The translations under genes were made by a program, and so were the position numbers. The notes below the pieces were generated by a model. The model made no database searches, was not told the DNA's origin, and saw only the letters and a program-made list of their open reading frames with translations. This document shows, in pieces, positions 1 to 9,904 of a DNA stretch of 49,462 nt. Positions within the stretch are counted from its first letter, which is position 1. Each line of letters begins with the position of its first letter. Source of the stretch: an uncultured Flavobacteriales bacterium (GTDB lineage Bacteria > Bacteroidota > Bacteroidia > Flavobacteriales > BACL11). The stretch spans positions 1 through 49,462 of the forward strand of contig CAJQLK010000065.1 in NCBI GenBank assembly GCA_905479165.1, in the 5' to 3' direction.

Positions 1-112
1 AGTTAAGTTCTGCACCAAATGTATTTACATGGCCATCTAATGGTTCAATTTTAAAATCCTGTTGAGCAAGAAGACTAAGTGGTAAAACAAAAATAAAAAA
101 CAACTTTCTCAT
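1..112 (-). CDS. Partial CDS (first 37 codons; continues past the window start). Signal-peptide protein, probably the OmpA/PD40-type partner that commonly follows PorP/SprF genes.
   Basis: The minus-strand ATG at 112-110 shares one base with the PorP/SprF stop (TAATG). Translation is MRKLFFIFVLPLSLLAQQDFKIEPLDGHVNTFGAELN, a signal peptide followed by an N-T-x-x-x-E motif like the start of a PD40/TolB-like repeat. Identity is inferred from 37 aa only. Confidence 0.4.
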   Translation of the reverse strand, partial: MRKLFFIFVLPLSLLAQQDFKIEPLDGHVNTFGAELN

Positions 113-1068
113 TATAAATATTTTGGACAAACTTTAATTTCATTAGATTTGATGGATTTTAAAACACTCCATTGGTAAGCAATAGAAAACTCAAAACCTC
201 CTTTATAATCACTTGCTCTATTAAGAGATGATATATTTGTATCATATGAAACCATAGCATCAAAATTATCAATCTTTAAGCCAAATTCCGTGATTATTGC
301 ATCATTCTTTCGATTAAAAATTCCAGCTCTTAAAACAACCATTTCGGCTGTTGAATTATTAAGTACATAATTAAAAAAACTGCCCGCAATCAATTCTATA
401 GACTTACCTTGTTCTGAGTAATATATTGTTGGTTTAATTTGAAATTTCTTATTAAAATAATAAATTAATGTGGTGTGAAACTTAGAATTTATTGGAAGTT
501 GGACATTATTACTTCCTATCAATGTTTGATTAGGTTTATTTAAATGAAATATTGAAACTCCAGAAATCAAAGTTGAAGATATATTCAGCTCTAATTCATG
601 TACTAATCCTATCGCAACATCAAAAAAATCTATATTAGTATTTGAAATGTTTTCAGTCTCATTAAAAACCAACGTTGAATAATCAATTGATCTTTGATAA
701 GAGCCCCCAAGAACTCCAAAAGATATATTGTTATTACTACTAACTTTTAAGTTATGTGAAAGCGATAAAGTTACTCCATTAGTTTTAAAATGAGAATCTC
801 CAGCTATATCGTTTAACAATTGAACACCAAAAGAGAGGTTTTTAATAATTTTTTTTACTTCCAATGAAATAGAAAATGTATTAAATGGAATGGTAACACT
901 ACTCCATTGCGATCTTCTTTGTGCTTGTATTTTATAGTCCCCGTCTTGATAACCAACTAGTGCTGGATTAATAAGCGCCTTAGTCTCATTAAACTGTGAA
1001 AAATGAATATCTTGAGCTAAACTATTATAAGAAAGAAAAAAAAACAATATGACAACAAAACGAATCAT
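112..1068 (-). CDS. Type IX secretion system membrane protein, PorP/SprF family
   Basis: 318 aa. The N-terminus ...SLAQDIHFSQFNETKALINPALVG matches the signal peptide plus QDxHFSQ(F/Y)...NPA hallmark of PorP/SprF beta-barrels. ATGA overlap (1065-1068) with the upstream type-B CTD cargo gene. Confidence 0.85.
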   Translation of the reverse strand: MIRFVVILFFFLSYNSLAQDIHFSQFNETKALINPALVGYQDGDYKIQAQRRSQWSSVTIPFNTFSISLEVKKIIKNLSFGVQLLNDIAGDSHFKTNGVTLSLSHNLKVSSNNNISFGVLGGSYQRSIDYSTLVFNETENISNTNIDFFDVAIGLVHELELNISSTLISGVSIFHLNKPNQTLIGSNNVQLPINSKFHTTLIYYFNKKFQIKPTIYYSEQGKSIELIAGSFFNYVLNNSTAEMVVLRAGIFNRKNDAIITEFGLKIDNFDAMVSYDTNISSLNRASDYKGGFEFSIAYQWSVLKSIKSNEIKVCPKYL

Positions 1069-4000
1069 CTTAAAAGAGTAATATTTCCTTTATAAAAAAA
1101 TGTTTTTGCTCCAATACAAGTAATTTCTAAATAAAAATCAAAGACTTGGGGTGGTAGTTTCTCGTTGTGAAAAATTCCATCCCATTCATTAGTTTTTTGA
1201 TCATTAGAAAAATATACTTTTTGTCCTAATCTGTTAAAAATTTCAAGTTTGAAATCTATTATTACTGCATCTATATCATTAATAAAATATTTGTCGTTTA
1301 CTCCATCATTATTGGGTGAAAAGGCTGTAGGGATTTTAATATTTTTATCATCACAAAACACTTCTTCAAGCGTAACCCAAACAGAATCTATTATCAAGCA
1401 TCCAAATTGATTAATAACCTGAAATGAGTTCCAGCCAGTTAAAGTAGGTTCAACCATAAAAACATAAACTGAATCATCAGTAAAAACAGTTACCTCAAAT
1501 TCATCTCCATCAAAAACTATAGAATCAGAAATCCAAATACTATCAATGATTGGGGAAGAATATACATTTACAAATATTGAATCAGTTGCAGTACAAGAAT
1601 TGGAGTTAACAATATCAACAGAATACCACCTTGAAGAATCTGGCGTGTCAACCAAAAAAGCTGAAGTTTCTGTAAAACCATCCCAAGTATATGAAGTAAT
1701 CGGAAAGGTTGGTACGTTGTTTTCAACTTCAATAAGAACAGTGTCCCCCTTACAAATATCATTCTTTATCAAATTAATATCTATACTTTCTGAAATAATA
1801 ATTACACTATCCATTTGCTCACAAACACCATTCTTAACTAAAATATAATACGTTCCTGGAGCATAAACAATTAAAGAATCAACATAACCTAAAGTATCAG
1901 TAAAATTATTGTTAGATGACCATAAAATAGAATTTACATCAGAAGAAAAAGTTGCGAATATTTGAGTAGAATCATGGCAGAATACTGAGTTAGAGCCTGC
2001 AATTAATTGAAGGTTATTATCAGTTGAAACCAATACACTATCAACTTGCCAGCAACTCCCATCAGTTACCTTTACATAATATAATCCTGTTGACGCAACA
2101 TTCAACAAATAAGTTGAGCTTAAGATGGATGAAAATGTAGAGGAGTTTGACCATTCTACTAGATTTACATTTGATGAATAAGTAGCTAACAAATCTACAG
2201 GTGAAATACAAAATATTGTATCTTCTCCTGCATCTACCTGTAAATTGGTAACTGAAATATTTTGCATTAAAGTATCTATGCAACTTCCATTTGAAATAAT
2301 AAGTTGATACTGAGTATCAGAATTAACATCACAAAAAGGATTAGAGACACTTGTACTACTTAAATTAATTGATGGGGTCCAAGAATATGTAAGGTTAGGG
2401 TCATTAACTGGAATTACTCCAATTTGAATTAAATCATTTTCACACTTTACTACTGATTGAATAGTATCGGAAGTATTGGATAGAATATATATCTCTTTTG
2501 TAATTGTGTCAGAAAGATTACACGCACTTAGATCATTTGCTATTAATGTAACTTCATAAAATCCACTTTGAGAATAATTATGATTAGGATTGGCGAGGGT
2601 AGATGTTGTGCCATCACCAAAATACCAAAGATAATTTACAGACGAACTTGAGTTTGTTAAATTCTGAAAGGAAAGACTTGTACTACAACCAACCAAAGGA
2701 GCATTAAAATCAGCTACTAACATTGAGAAGTCAAAATTGAATTTAAATACACCATTATTACAATTTGAACTATTATTAGTTGGAGAAACGGCACCTGGAT
2801 TTGGTTCAATTGGAAAATCAGAATTACCGCCACAACCCGCACAAACTGATTGATAAATAATTCCTTTTTTATCAAACCTACTAGTGCCACCATCTACATG
2901 TTCATTACTTTGGCTTCCTCCAAAATAAGTAGCATACATCATGCTGCTCATTACATCATCAATCACCATTAAATAAAAATCATTCCCATCAGTAGTTTGC
3001 TGAAAAGCATTGCTATCAATTGGCAAATTAAGAGTTGATAATAGGCCTCCTAAATTAGAGCCCCATCCAGCAATATATATTTTATCACATACATCAACTA
3101 AAAAAGCAGTTGGAGAAATATCAGGTGTTCCTTTGCCTGTACCAACAACAGTTGAGCGTAATACTGCAGTTAAATATTCATCAAAAACTGCAATAAACTG
3201 GCTAGCCCCACTCTCAAAATAGGTGGCATTAGAGACTAAGTTTAGACCTGTAGTTTTTGTTTGTCCAAACAAATAAACTGAATTTGCACTTCCAATTTCC
3301 ACAAAATAAGCTTGATCATACTCATCAGTTCCATAATAAGATGAGGAGATAATTTGTGATCCATTTGTGTTAATTAAGGTAATAAATGCATCCGCTTTTA
3401 ATGAATCCTGATAGCTTGTTAAATAAGCTCCTGATGTAGTTGGGAAATTATCAGAATTTGTACCCCCTGTTACATAAATATTATCATTAGCATCAAGTGC
3501 TAAAGAATAAATTGCATCATCATTACTTCCCCCAATGTATGAGCTCCAAATAATAGAAGAAAGTTGGTTATCCATTTTAATAATTATACCCTCTTGCCCT
3601 CCATTTGAGCTGTTTTGAAAACTTCTGTAAGTTGGAAAATCAGTAGATTGTGTACAGGTAGCAATATAGATATTGTTATTTTTATCAATATCAATTTCAC
3701 CCCTCACCTCATCTGCATAATTATATTTTAAGGATGTAGCGGTATTTAAACCATCATTGCCTGTCCCTCCAATATAGGTTGATGATAAAAGGATTCCTCC
3801 ATTCGCACTCAATCTACTTGCAAATAAGTCAGATCCATTAGGAAAACTAACACCTATACCTGATGGTGCAAACGAACTTCCTCCACTAAAACTGGGCTGA
3901 AAAGAGTTTGATGTTGTTGGAAAATCATTAGAACCAGTTGTTCCAAAAATAAATAATTCATCCAAACTATTCACAATCATACTGTGTGGTAATTCATCTT

Positions 4001-4949
4001 TTGAGCCACCTAAATAAGTGGAATAAATTCGACTAGTTCCTGTAGAATCATATTTTGTAATTGCAACATCAGTGCCTCCAGAAGAATTGGCATAATTTAT
4101 CTGATAAGCACCAACTGTAGTGGGATAACCAGTTCCAAAAGAAGTGCTTCCAGCATATAAAAAACCATAATTATCATAAGTTGCAGTGTACCCAAAATTA
4201 TCAGTTGTAGAGCCAGAATAAGTTGAGAACTCTAAAACCGGATCAATAATTAACTCATAATTTTTATTAAATCCAAATGGAAATTCAAATGATAATACAT
4301 CTTTTTTAAGCTTATAATTACAAACTACCTCAACCTCCTGATTATTTATAATTTGATAAGCATAAGGGCTGTATTCAATAATTGTATTTACTGATGATAT
4401 AATGTAAACGTTTCCTTTTACAAGCCTAATTTTATCCACTCCCTTATATAGTAGTTTTATCTTTTCTGGATTCGCATTTTTTTCAACAACAATATCATAT
4501 TTCAATTGATCGTTTTTAACATAGAAATTCAGATTTATGCCATTATATACATTTCTCTGACACAATGATTTAAAAGATTTAACATTTGTTGCCCAAGTTA
4601 ATTTATCACCTAAAAAATAATTTTCAAAATATTTACTTTCCTCATTAAGTTCTACCAAAATTGGCTTTGATTTACCAAGAAACTCAACAGAATAAGCATG
4701 AGCATCAACAGATTTTTCTTCTCGTTCTAAATCATGAATTTGAGCTAGCTGTTCACCTGAATAAAAGGAATAAGTAAGTTTTCCACCTTCAATAAATAAC
4801 GCACCTGAAGGTAAATTAACTTTTGCTTTTACTTGTTTTGGAAACTGCCCTTTATTTTGAATAAATGGATTTTGAGCAGAAGATATAATCGCAAAAAAAC
4901 AAAGCAGTAACACAATGTACTGCCTTAATATTTTGCTTATATATTTCAT
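1065..4949 (-). CDS. Large secreted adhesin-like protein with beta-propeller (SBBP-like) repeats, a PKD domain, tandem Ig-like modules and a T9SS type-B C-terminal sorting domain
   Basis: 1294 aa with a signal peptide (..AIISSAQ). Repeated ...GGxxxDxxxxxxxDxxxNxYxxGxTxSxNFPTT units. PKD signature WYFGDGTTSTLANPNHNYSQSGFYEVTLIA. Two ~77-aa tandem modules begin LQVDAGEDTIFC (from 2243 downward) and LQLIAGSNSVFC (from 2012 downward). C-terminal IPTAFSPNNDGVNDKYFI is the gliding-motility-associated / type-B CTD motif. Confidence 0.85.
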   Translation of the reverse strand: MKYISKILRQYIVLLLCFFAIISSAQNPFIQNKGQFPKQVKAKVNLPSGALFIEGGKLTYSFYSGEQLAQIHDLEREEKSVDAHAYSVEFLGKSKPILVELNEESKYFENYFLGDKLTWATNVKSFKSLCQRNVYNGINLNFYVKNDQLKYDIVVEKNANPEKIKLLYKGVDKIRLVKGNVYIISSVNTIIEYSPYAYQIINNQEVEVVCNYKLKKDVLSFEFPFGFNKNYELIIDPVLEFSTYSGSTTDNFGYTATYDNYGFLYAGSTSFGTGYPTTVGAYQINYANSSGGTDVAITKYDSTGTSRIYSTYLGGSKDELPHSMIVNSLDELFIFGTTGSNDFPTTSNSFQPSFSGGSSFAPSGIGVSFPNGSDLFASRLSANGGILLSSTYIGGTGNDGLNTATSLKYNYADEVRGEIDIDKNNNIYIATCTQSTDFPTYRSFQNSSNGGQEGIIIKMDNQLSSIIWSSYIGGSNDDAIYSLALDANDNIYVTGGTNSDNFPTTSGAYLTSYQDSLKADAFITLINTNGSQIISSSYYGTDEYDQAYFVEIGSANSVYLFGQTKTTGLNLVSNATYFESGASQFIAVFDEYLTAVLRSTVVGTGKGTPDISPTAFLVDVCDKIYIAGWGSNLGGLLSTLNLPIDSNAFQQTTDGNDFYLMVIDDVMSSMMYATYFGGSQSNEHVDGGTSRFDKKGIIYQSVCAGCGGNSDFPIEPNPGAVSPTNNSSNCNNGVFKFNFDFSMLVADFNAPLVGCSTSLSFQNLTNSSSSVNYLWYFGDGTTSTLANPNHNYSQSGFYEVTLIANDLSACNLSDTITKEIYILSNTSDTIQSVVKCENDLIQIGVIPVNDPNLTYSWTPSINLSSTSVSNPFCDVNSDTQYQLIISNGSCIDTLMQNISVTNLQVDAGEDTIFCISPVDLLATYSSNVNLVEWSNSSTFSSILSSTYLLNVASTGLYYVKVTDGSCWQVDSVLVSTDNNLQLIAGSNSVFCHDSTQIFATFSSDVNSILWSSNNNFTDTLGYVDSLIVYAPGTYYILVKNGVCEQMDSVIIISESIDINLIKNDICKGDTVLIEVENNVPTFPITSYTWDGFTETSAFLVDTPDSSRWYSVDIVNSNSCTATDSIFVNVYSSPIIDSIWISDSIVFDGDEFEVTVFTDDSVYVFMVEPTLTGWNSFQVINQFGCLIIDSVWVTLEEVFCDDKNIKIPTAFSPNNDGVNDKYFINDIDAVIIDFKLEIFNRLGQKVYFSNDQKTNEWDGIFHNEKLPPQVFDFYLEITCIGAKTFFYKGNITLLR

Positions 4950-4952
4950 TAT

Positions 4953-6182
4953 TTATTCGTATTTACTTAAAAGTATTTGCATCAAACTATCTTTTAGTAT
5001 CATATAGTCTGCTTCATTTTCTTTTTTAATTGGATCTCCTGGAGGAAGATCTTGTTGATAAGGATCAACTTGTTTGCCGTTTTTCCAAAACCTATAACAA
5101 ACATGAGGTCCAGTTGCTAGTCCGGTACTTCCAACATAACCAATTTCATCTCCTTGCTTTACATATACTCCTTTTCTAATACCTGGTTTTATTTTAGACA
5201 TATGAAGGTACTGAGTTGTATAAGTTGCATTGTGCCTTACCTTTACAAAGTTACCATTGTTTTTTGTATAGGATGCCGCAATAATAGTTCCGTTAGCTGT
5301 AGTCATAATAGGAGTTCCTTTTGGTGCAGCATAATCTGTACCAAAATGTCCCTTCCATCTTCCTGTAACCGGATGCTTTCTGTTTGTGCTGTATCTAGAA
5401 CTTATTCTGTAGAAATCTAATGGAGCTTTCAAAAACGCTTTTCTAAGCGTTCTTCCTTTTTCATCAAAATGTTCGCCAAAATTTTCGTTTTCCTGATGAT
5501 AGAACGCATAAAACTTATGATTTTTATGTGTAAACTCAGAAGCTAATATTCTTCCAATACCTATATATTCATCATCAATATATTTATTCTCATAATATAC
5601 TTTGAACGCATCCCCTTTTTGAATTTTAAAGAAGTCTATTGTCCAAGCGTAAATTTCAGAAAGCTTAATGGAGACCCTTGGGCTTACCCCTAATGCGTCA
5701 ACAGTCTCAGAAAGAGATGAGCTTATTTCACCAGAAGATACTTTTAATTTTGTAGTAACTTTTTTCTTTCCTCTATAGACATCTATCCCTTTAGTTAAAT
5801 CCATAACAACATAATCTATAGGATTTTCCTGATAAATAAAATAAACTGCTTTTTCAGTAGTGTCATCAACACAAATAACAGTGTATTCTTTTCCAGTATT
5901 AACTCTTCTAACGTCAAAAATATCTTTTGATTTACGTACAATTGCTGCAATCTCAGGGTGGGTAATATGGTTTTCGTAAAGTATCTCTCCAAGAGTTTGG
6001 CCTTGCTTTACAATTCTGTTTATAACAATAAAAGAATCTAGTAAAATTCCGTATTCATACTGGGGTTCAACAATTTCTGTCACTACACTATCCGTTATTT
6101 CTTCTTTATGTGTAATGTCAAGAGTTGATAATATAAAAAACAAAGCAACGCCCATTAATAAAATTCCAGTCCACTTTTTCAT
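4953..6182 (-). CDS. M23 family metallopeptidase (membrane-anchored, Csd3/OapA-like N-terminal region)
   Basis: 409 aa with one N-terminal TM segment. M23 motifs HFGTDYAAPKGTPI and GSTGLATGPHVCYRF..NGKQVDP. Confidence 0.8.
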   Translation of the reverse strand: MKKWTGILLMGVALFFILSTLDITHKEEITDSVVTEIVEPQYEYGILLDSFIVINRIVKQGQTLGEILYENHITHPEIAAIVRKSKDIFDVRRVNTGKEYTVICVDDTTEKAVYFIYQENPIDYVVMDLTKGIDVYRGKKKVTTKLKVSSGEISSSLSETVDALGVSPRVSIKLSEIYAWTIDFFKIQKGDAFKVYYENKYIDDEYIGIGRILASEFTHKNHKFYAFYHQENENFGEHFDEKGRTLRKAFLKAPLDFYRISSRYSTNRKHPVTGRWKGHFGTDYAAPKGTPIMTTANGTIIAASYTKNNGNFVKVRHNATYTTQYLHMSKIKPGIRKGVYVKQGDEIGYVGSTGLATGPHVCYRFWKNGKQVDPYQQDLPPGDPIKKENEADYMILKDSLMQILLSKYE

Positions 6183-6224
6183 TTTGCTAATTTAATTTTT
6201 TCTAAGATAAGTTTTTAATATCTT

Positions 6225-6977
6225 TTAATGAATTATAGACAATGGAAACTTCAATTCTTTATAGTCAACTAAAACAGCTTTTATCGTCCCAGCCCAAATT
6301 TTAGTTTCTACCTTCATCAATAAATGATTTTTATCATTCGAAATCCAAATTTTCATTTCTTCTCCATCTTCAAAAACTCTTCCTTCTTGCATTTTTGGCT
6401 TGAATACCATACAGTCAACCTTGCCAAATTCTGTCTCTATCATTTCATTATTCAAATATGAAACTTCTAAAAAGTAATTCTCCTCATCCATAAAAATGGG
6501 AACAAAAAAGGAGTTTTTTTTCTTTATCTCTTCCTTATTAAAAGTTCGTGCGTAAAACAATGCCGAAAGCATGTCTTGAGAATTGTAAGGGATTTTATAA
6601 GTAGTATTGTTATGTGTTACAATACTGTCAGAGTGTTGAAAAAAATAGTTTTGTTTTTTGCTGTAAGGACCTTCGTTAATATCCCTTATAAATTTTATTG
6701 GCAATAGTTTTGAAGTATCTAAAAAGGTTTCATAAACATCTCTAACTTTAAAAAACCAATCAAAAAAATATGTTGTTTTTCCTTTACCAACTATGTGAAA
6801 AGAAGATGTGCTATTAATTAATTTTTCTTCAATTATTTCTAGCTCGGCATGGCCAACTAGTATTGATCCAAAAGAAACATCAAAAGCTGAATATTCACCA
6901 ACTTGATATGGAATTTCTTTTTGAGGAAATGCTAAAAATGGGATAAAGAGAAAAATTAAAACTAATCTTTTAAACAT
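6225..6977 (-). CDS. DUF3108-like secreted protein
   Basis: 250 aa with a signal peptide. The pattern YSAFDVSFGSILVGHAELEI...GKGKT resembles DUF3108 family proteins. Assignment is from memory of the family pattern. Confidence 0.5.
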   Translation of the reverse strand: MFKRLVLIFLFIPFLAFPQKEIPYQVGEYSAFDVSFGSILVGHAELEIIEEKLINSTSSFHIVGKGKTTYFFDWFFKVRDVYETFLDTSKLLPIKFIRDINEGPYSKKQNYFFQHSDSIVTHNNTTYKIPYNSQDMLSALFYARTFNKEEIKKKNSFFVPIFMDEENYFLEVSYLNNEMIETEFGKVDCMVFKPKMQEGRVFEDGEEMKIWISNDKNHLLMKVETKIWAGTIKAVLVDYKELKFPLSIIH

Positions 6978-6997
6978 TTCACAAATATACTGATTTC

Positions 6998-8416
6998 TTA
7001 GCTGCTGAGGTATTTCGAAAATGCAAATAGATCGGCTTCTTTAAAGTTATCTGCCATTAAATGCAAACCAATTGGCAGGCCATTAGAATGTTTTCCTAAA
7101 GGTAAAGATATTGCAGGGTTTCCAGCTAAATTAGCTTGAACTGTGAAAATATCTTCCAAATACATTACTGTAGGATCAGTTTGTTTCTTTCCAATTTCGA
7201 ATGGAGTGTGAGGAGTAGTTGGTGAAACAACAAAATCATATTCATCAAACATCTTATTTGTTTTATCCTTAATTAACCTTCTAATTTTTTGAGCTTTAGT
7301 AAAATAGGCATCATAATAACCAGCACTCAAAACAAAAGTTCCAAGCATAATTCTTCTTTTCACCTCCTCACCAAAACCTTCAGTCCTGCTATTGATATAA
7401 GTGCTTTCTAAATCAGTAATGTTTTCACTTCTATAACCATAATGAACTCCATCAAAGCGAGCTAAATTTGAAGAAGCTTCAGCGGTAGTTAATACGTAAT
7501 AAGTTGGTACTAATAAATCTAAATATGGAAAAGAAATTGGCTCAACAATATGACCATCACTTTTTAATTTAGCAATTTTATTTTCAATAAATTCTTTCAC
7601 TTCAGAGTCTAACCCTTTTCGATTTAAACACTCCGAAATATAAGCTATCTTCTTTGGTTTATTATCAAATTTTGCTGCCGAATAATTATCGACATCCTTT
7701 TTAGAAACTGTACTGTCAAAATCATCTTTACCGGCTATTACTTCGAGTATTAAAGCGGCATCACTTACATTATTTGTAAGAGGTCCTATTTGATCAAAAG
7801 AAGATGCGTAAGCAATCAACCCATATCTGGATACTCTTGAGTAAGTTGGTTTAATCCCGACAATACCACAAAATGCAGCTGGTTGTCTTATTGATCCTCC
7901 CGTATCACTTCCTAAAGCTACTAAACAAAGTCCAGCTGAAACAGCTGCAGCTGAACCGCCAGATGAACCACCAGCAACTTTTGAATTATCTAATGGGTTT
8001 TTTACAGTGCCATAAATAGTGTTTTCGTTAGCAGAACCCATTGCAAATTCATCACAATTTAAACGACCAATAATTACCGCATCTTCATCTATTAACCTTT
8101 GAACTGAAGTTGCTGTAAATAATGATTCAAATCCATCTAAAATTTTTGATGATGCAGATACTTTATGGTTTTTATAACAAAGGTTGTCTTTAATTCCAAC
8201 AACCATTCCTGCTAACTTTCCAGCACTACAATTAGCTAACTTTTCATCAACAAGCCTTGCTTGTTCTAAAGCTTCATCAGAATACACTTCATTAAAAGCA
8301 TTTAAATGCTGGTTTTCAGCAATATTCTGCAGGTACGTTTTAGTAATGTCTACAACATTAGTTGTATCATTATTTAGAGCATTTTGCACTTCATTGAAAG
8401 ATTGGTAGGTTGTCAA
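6998..8416 (-). CDS. gatA: Asp-tRNA(Asn)/Glu-tRNA(Gln) amidotransferase subunit A
   Basis: 472 aa. Amidase signature GGSSGGSAAAVSAG plus GSDTGGSIRQPAAFCG, full length relative to GatA. Confidence 0.9.
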   Translation of the reverse strand: MTTYQSFNEVQNALNNDTTNVVDITKTYLQNIAENQHLNAFNEVYSDEALEQARLVDEKLANCSAGKLAGMVVGIKDNLCYKNHKVSASSKILDGFESLFTATSVQRLIDEDAVIIGRLNCDEFAMGSANENTIYGTVKNPLDNSKVAGGSSGGSAAAVSAGLCLVALGSDTGGSIRQPAAFCGIVGIKPTYSRVSRYGLIAYASSFDQIGPLTNNVSDAALILEVIAGKDDFDSTVSKKDVDNYSAAKFDNKPKKIAYISECLNRKGLDSEVKEFIENKIAKLKSDGHIVEPISFPYLDLLVPTYYVLTTAEASSNLARFDGVHYGYRSENITDLESTYINSRTEGFGEEVKRRIMLGTFVLSAGYYDAYFTKAQKIRRLIKDKTNKMFDEYDFVVSPTTPHTPFEIGKKQTDPTVMYLEDIFTVQANLAGNPAISLPLGKHSNGLPIGLHLMADNFKEADLFAFSKYLSS

Positions 8417-8420
8417 ATGC

Positions 8421-8603
8421 TTATTTATCTTTATCCTCTAGCTCATTTTCAACTTCTTTTTTTCCTTTTTTAAACTCACTAATCCCCTGACCTAAACCCT
8501 TCATTAACTCAGGTATTTTTTTACCTCCAAATAATAATAAGATTGCAACAGCAATTAATGCTAAGGATGCTCCTCCAGGAATTGCTAATAATATCGTTTC
8601 CAT
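8421..8603 (-). CDS. tatA: Twin-arginine translocase TatA/TatE family subunit
   Basis: 60 aa. One TM helix followed by the amphipathic [23 protein letters not shown] motif. Confidence 0.85.
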   Translation of the reverse strand: METILLAIPGGASLALIAVAILLLFGGKKIPELMKGLGQGISEFKKGKKEVENELEDKDK

Positions 8604-8625
8604 AATTTTAAATTTTAATTCTCTG

Positions 8626-8633
8626 CAAATTTA
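8626..8633 (-). promoter_or_regulatory. Candidate Bacteroidota sigma-A -7 box (TAAATTTG) upstream of tatA
   Basis: The minus strand reads TAAATTTGCAGAG, matching TAnnTTTG, 22 nt upstream of the tatA ATG. No clear -33 TTG was seen. Confidence 0.3.
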
Positions 8634-8644
8634 GGTATTTTGAT

Positions 8645-9904
8645 TTAATAGGCATTATATAACCATTTAGAAGGGTCATTTTTATCATAACCCTTCCAAA
8701 TTTCGAAATGTAATTCTGTTTTATTCTCAACTTCTTGAGTTAAAACAACACCTAATTTCTCCTTAGAAAGCACTTTATCACCGACCTTAACCGTTACTTC
8801 TGTCAAGCCAGAATATACTGTAAAATACTCACCATGATTTACTAAAATAGCTTTTCCCTCACCTTTTATAAAAAATATTCTGGAAACACTTCCATCAAAA
8901 ACTACACGAACAACTGAATTTTTATCTGTTGCAATATCAATTCCATTATTAAAAGTTTCGACTGCCGAAAAAACAGCGTGCTTTTGCTTCCCGTATCGCT
9001 CAACAATTATTCCTTTTTCAAGAGGCCAAGGTAACATTCCTTTATTATTATTAAACTCTGATGAAAGAGCCAATGCTTCAGGAGTTAGCCCAAAACCATC
9101 ATTACCATTTTTCTTTTTTGCTTCTTCTCTTGATTTTCTAATTTCCTCTTCAATAATCTTTTTTAATTTATCATCAAGCTCTTTTGACTTTTTCTGTTTA
9201 TCTTGAAGTTTCTTCTTAAACAATCTTTCTGATTTAATTAATTTTTTTACTAACTGCTCTTTTTCAACTTTGGTAGAACTAACACTTTCCAACTCATCTT
9301 TTTTAGAAGAAACTAAATAAGATTTAGTTGCAGACTCTTCAATTAATCTGTCTTTTTGTTGTGCTAGTTTTTCTTTCTTTATAGTTAGTTCTTCCTGGCT
9401 TTCAATAATTTTCTGAGATTGATTTTTACGGAACGTTGTATATTGTTTTAAGTAAATAATACGCTTATACGCTTGATTAAAATCAGCAGAAGAAATAATA
9501 AATATTAAATCATTTCTACTACCCTTTTGTTTAAAAGCAGCATAAATCATTTTTGCATATTCATCTTTTAGGATTTGTAAATTCTCCGTTTGCTTTAAAA
9601 TAGACTCTTCAGTATCAATTATTGATCTTTCTGTCTTTTTTATCTGTTTATTAATTAACGTAATCTCAATATGAAGAGTAATTAATAATTGTTCTTTACT
9701 TTTAATCTGAGACTCCAAAACCTTTAAATAATTTAAGGATTTAGTTTTATTCTTTTTTGTTTTACTTAAAAGATCAGTAGTGTAGCTTATTTCTTTTTCA
9801 AGCTCTGTCTTTTGATTTTTAAGCTCATCTTTAGTTTGAGAAAAAGAAGCAAAACTCAGTAAACAGCCAAAGGAAAATAATAAAAAATTATTTAATTTCA
9901 ACAT
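8645..9904 (-). CDS. Murein hydrolase activator EnvC-like protein (coiled coil plus M23 domain)
   Basis: 419 aa. Signal peptide, a long Lys/Glu-rich coiled-coil region, and a C-terminal M23 fold (NGIDIATDKNSVVRVVFDGSV ... ELHFEIW). Confidence 0.8.
   Translation of the reverse strand: MLKLNNFLLFSFGCLLSFASFSQTKDELKNQKTELEKEISYTTDLLSKTKKNKTKSLNYLKVLESQIKSKEQLLITLHIEITLINKQIKKTERSIIDTEESILKQTENLQILKDEYAKMIYAAFKQKGSRNDLIFIISSADFNQAYKRIIYLKQYTTFRKNQSQKIIESQEELTIKKEKLAQQKDRLIEESATKSYLVSSKKDELESVSSTKVEKEQLVKKLIKSERLFKKKLQDKQKKSKELDDKLKKIIEEEIRKSREEAKKKNGNDGFGLTPEALALSSEFNNNKGMLPWPLEKGIIVERYGKQKHAVFSAVETFNNGIDIATDKNSVVRVVFDGSVSRIFFIKGEGKAILVNHGEYFTVYSGLTEVTVKVGDKVLSKEKLGVVLTQEVENKTELHFEIWKGYDKNDPSKWLYNAY

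Noticed and set aside
1546-3222. ORFs 1546-1848 (+), 1568-1762 (-), 2062-2283 (-) and 3010-3222 (+) inside the 1294-aa adhesin gene
   Set aside because: All are embedded in, or antisense to, a long ORF with clear domain content. Their translations are low-complexity with no recognisable motifs. They are shadow ORFs.
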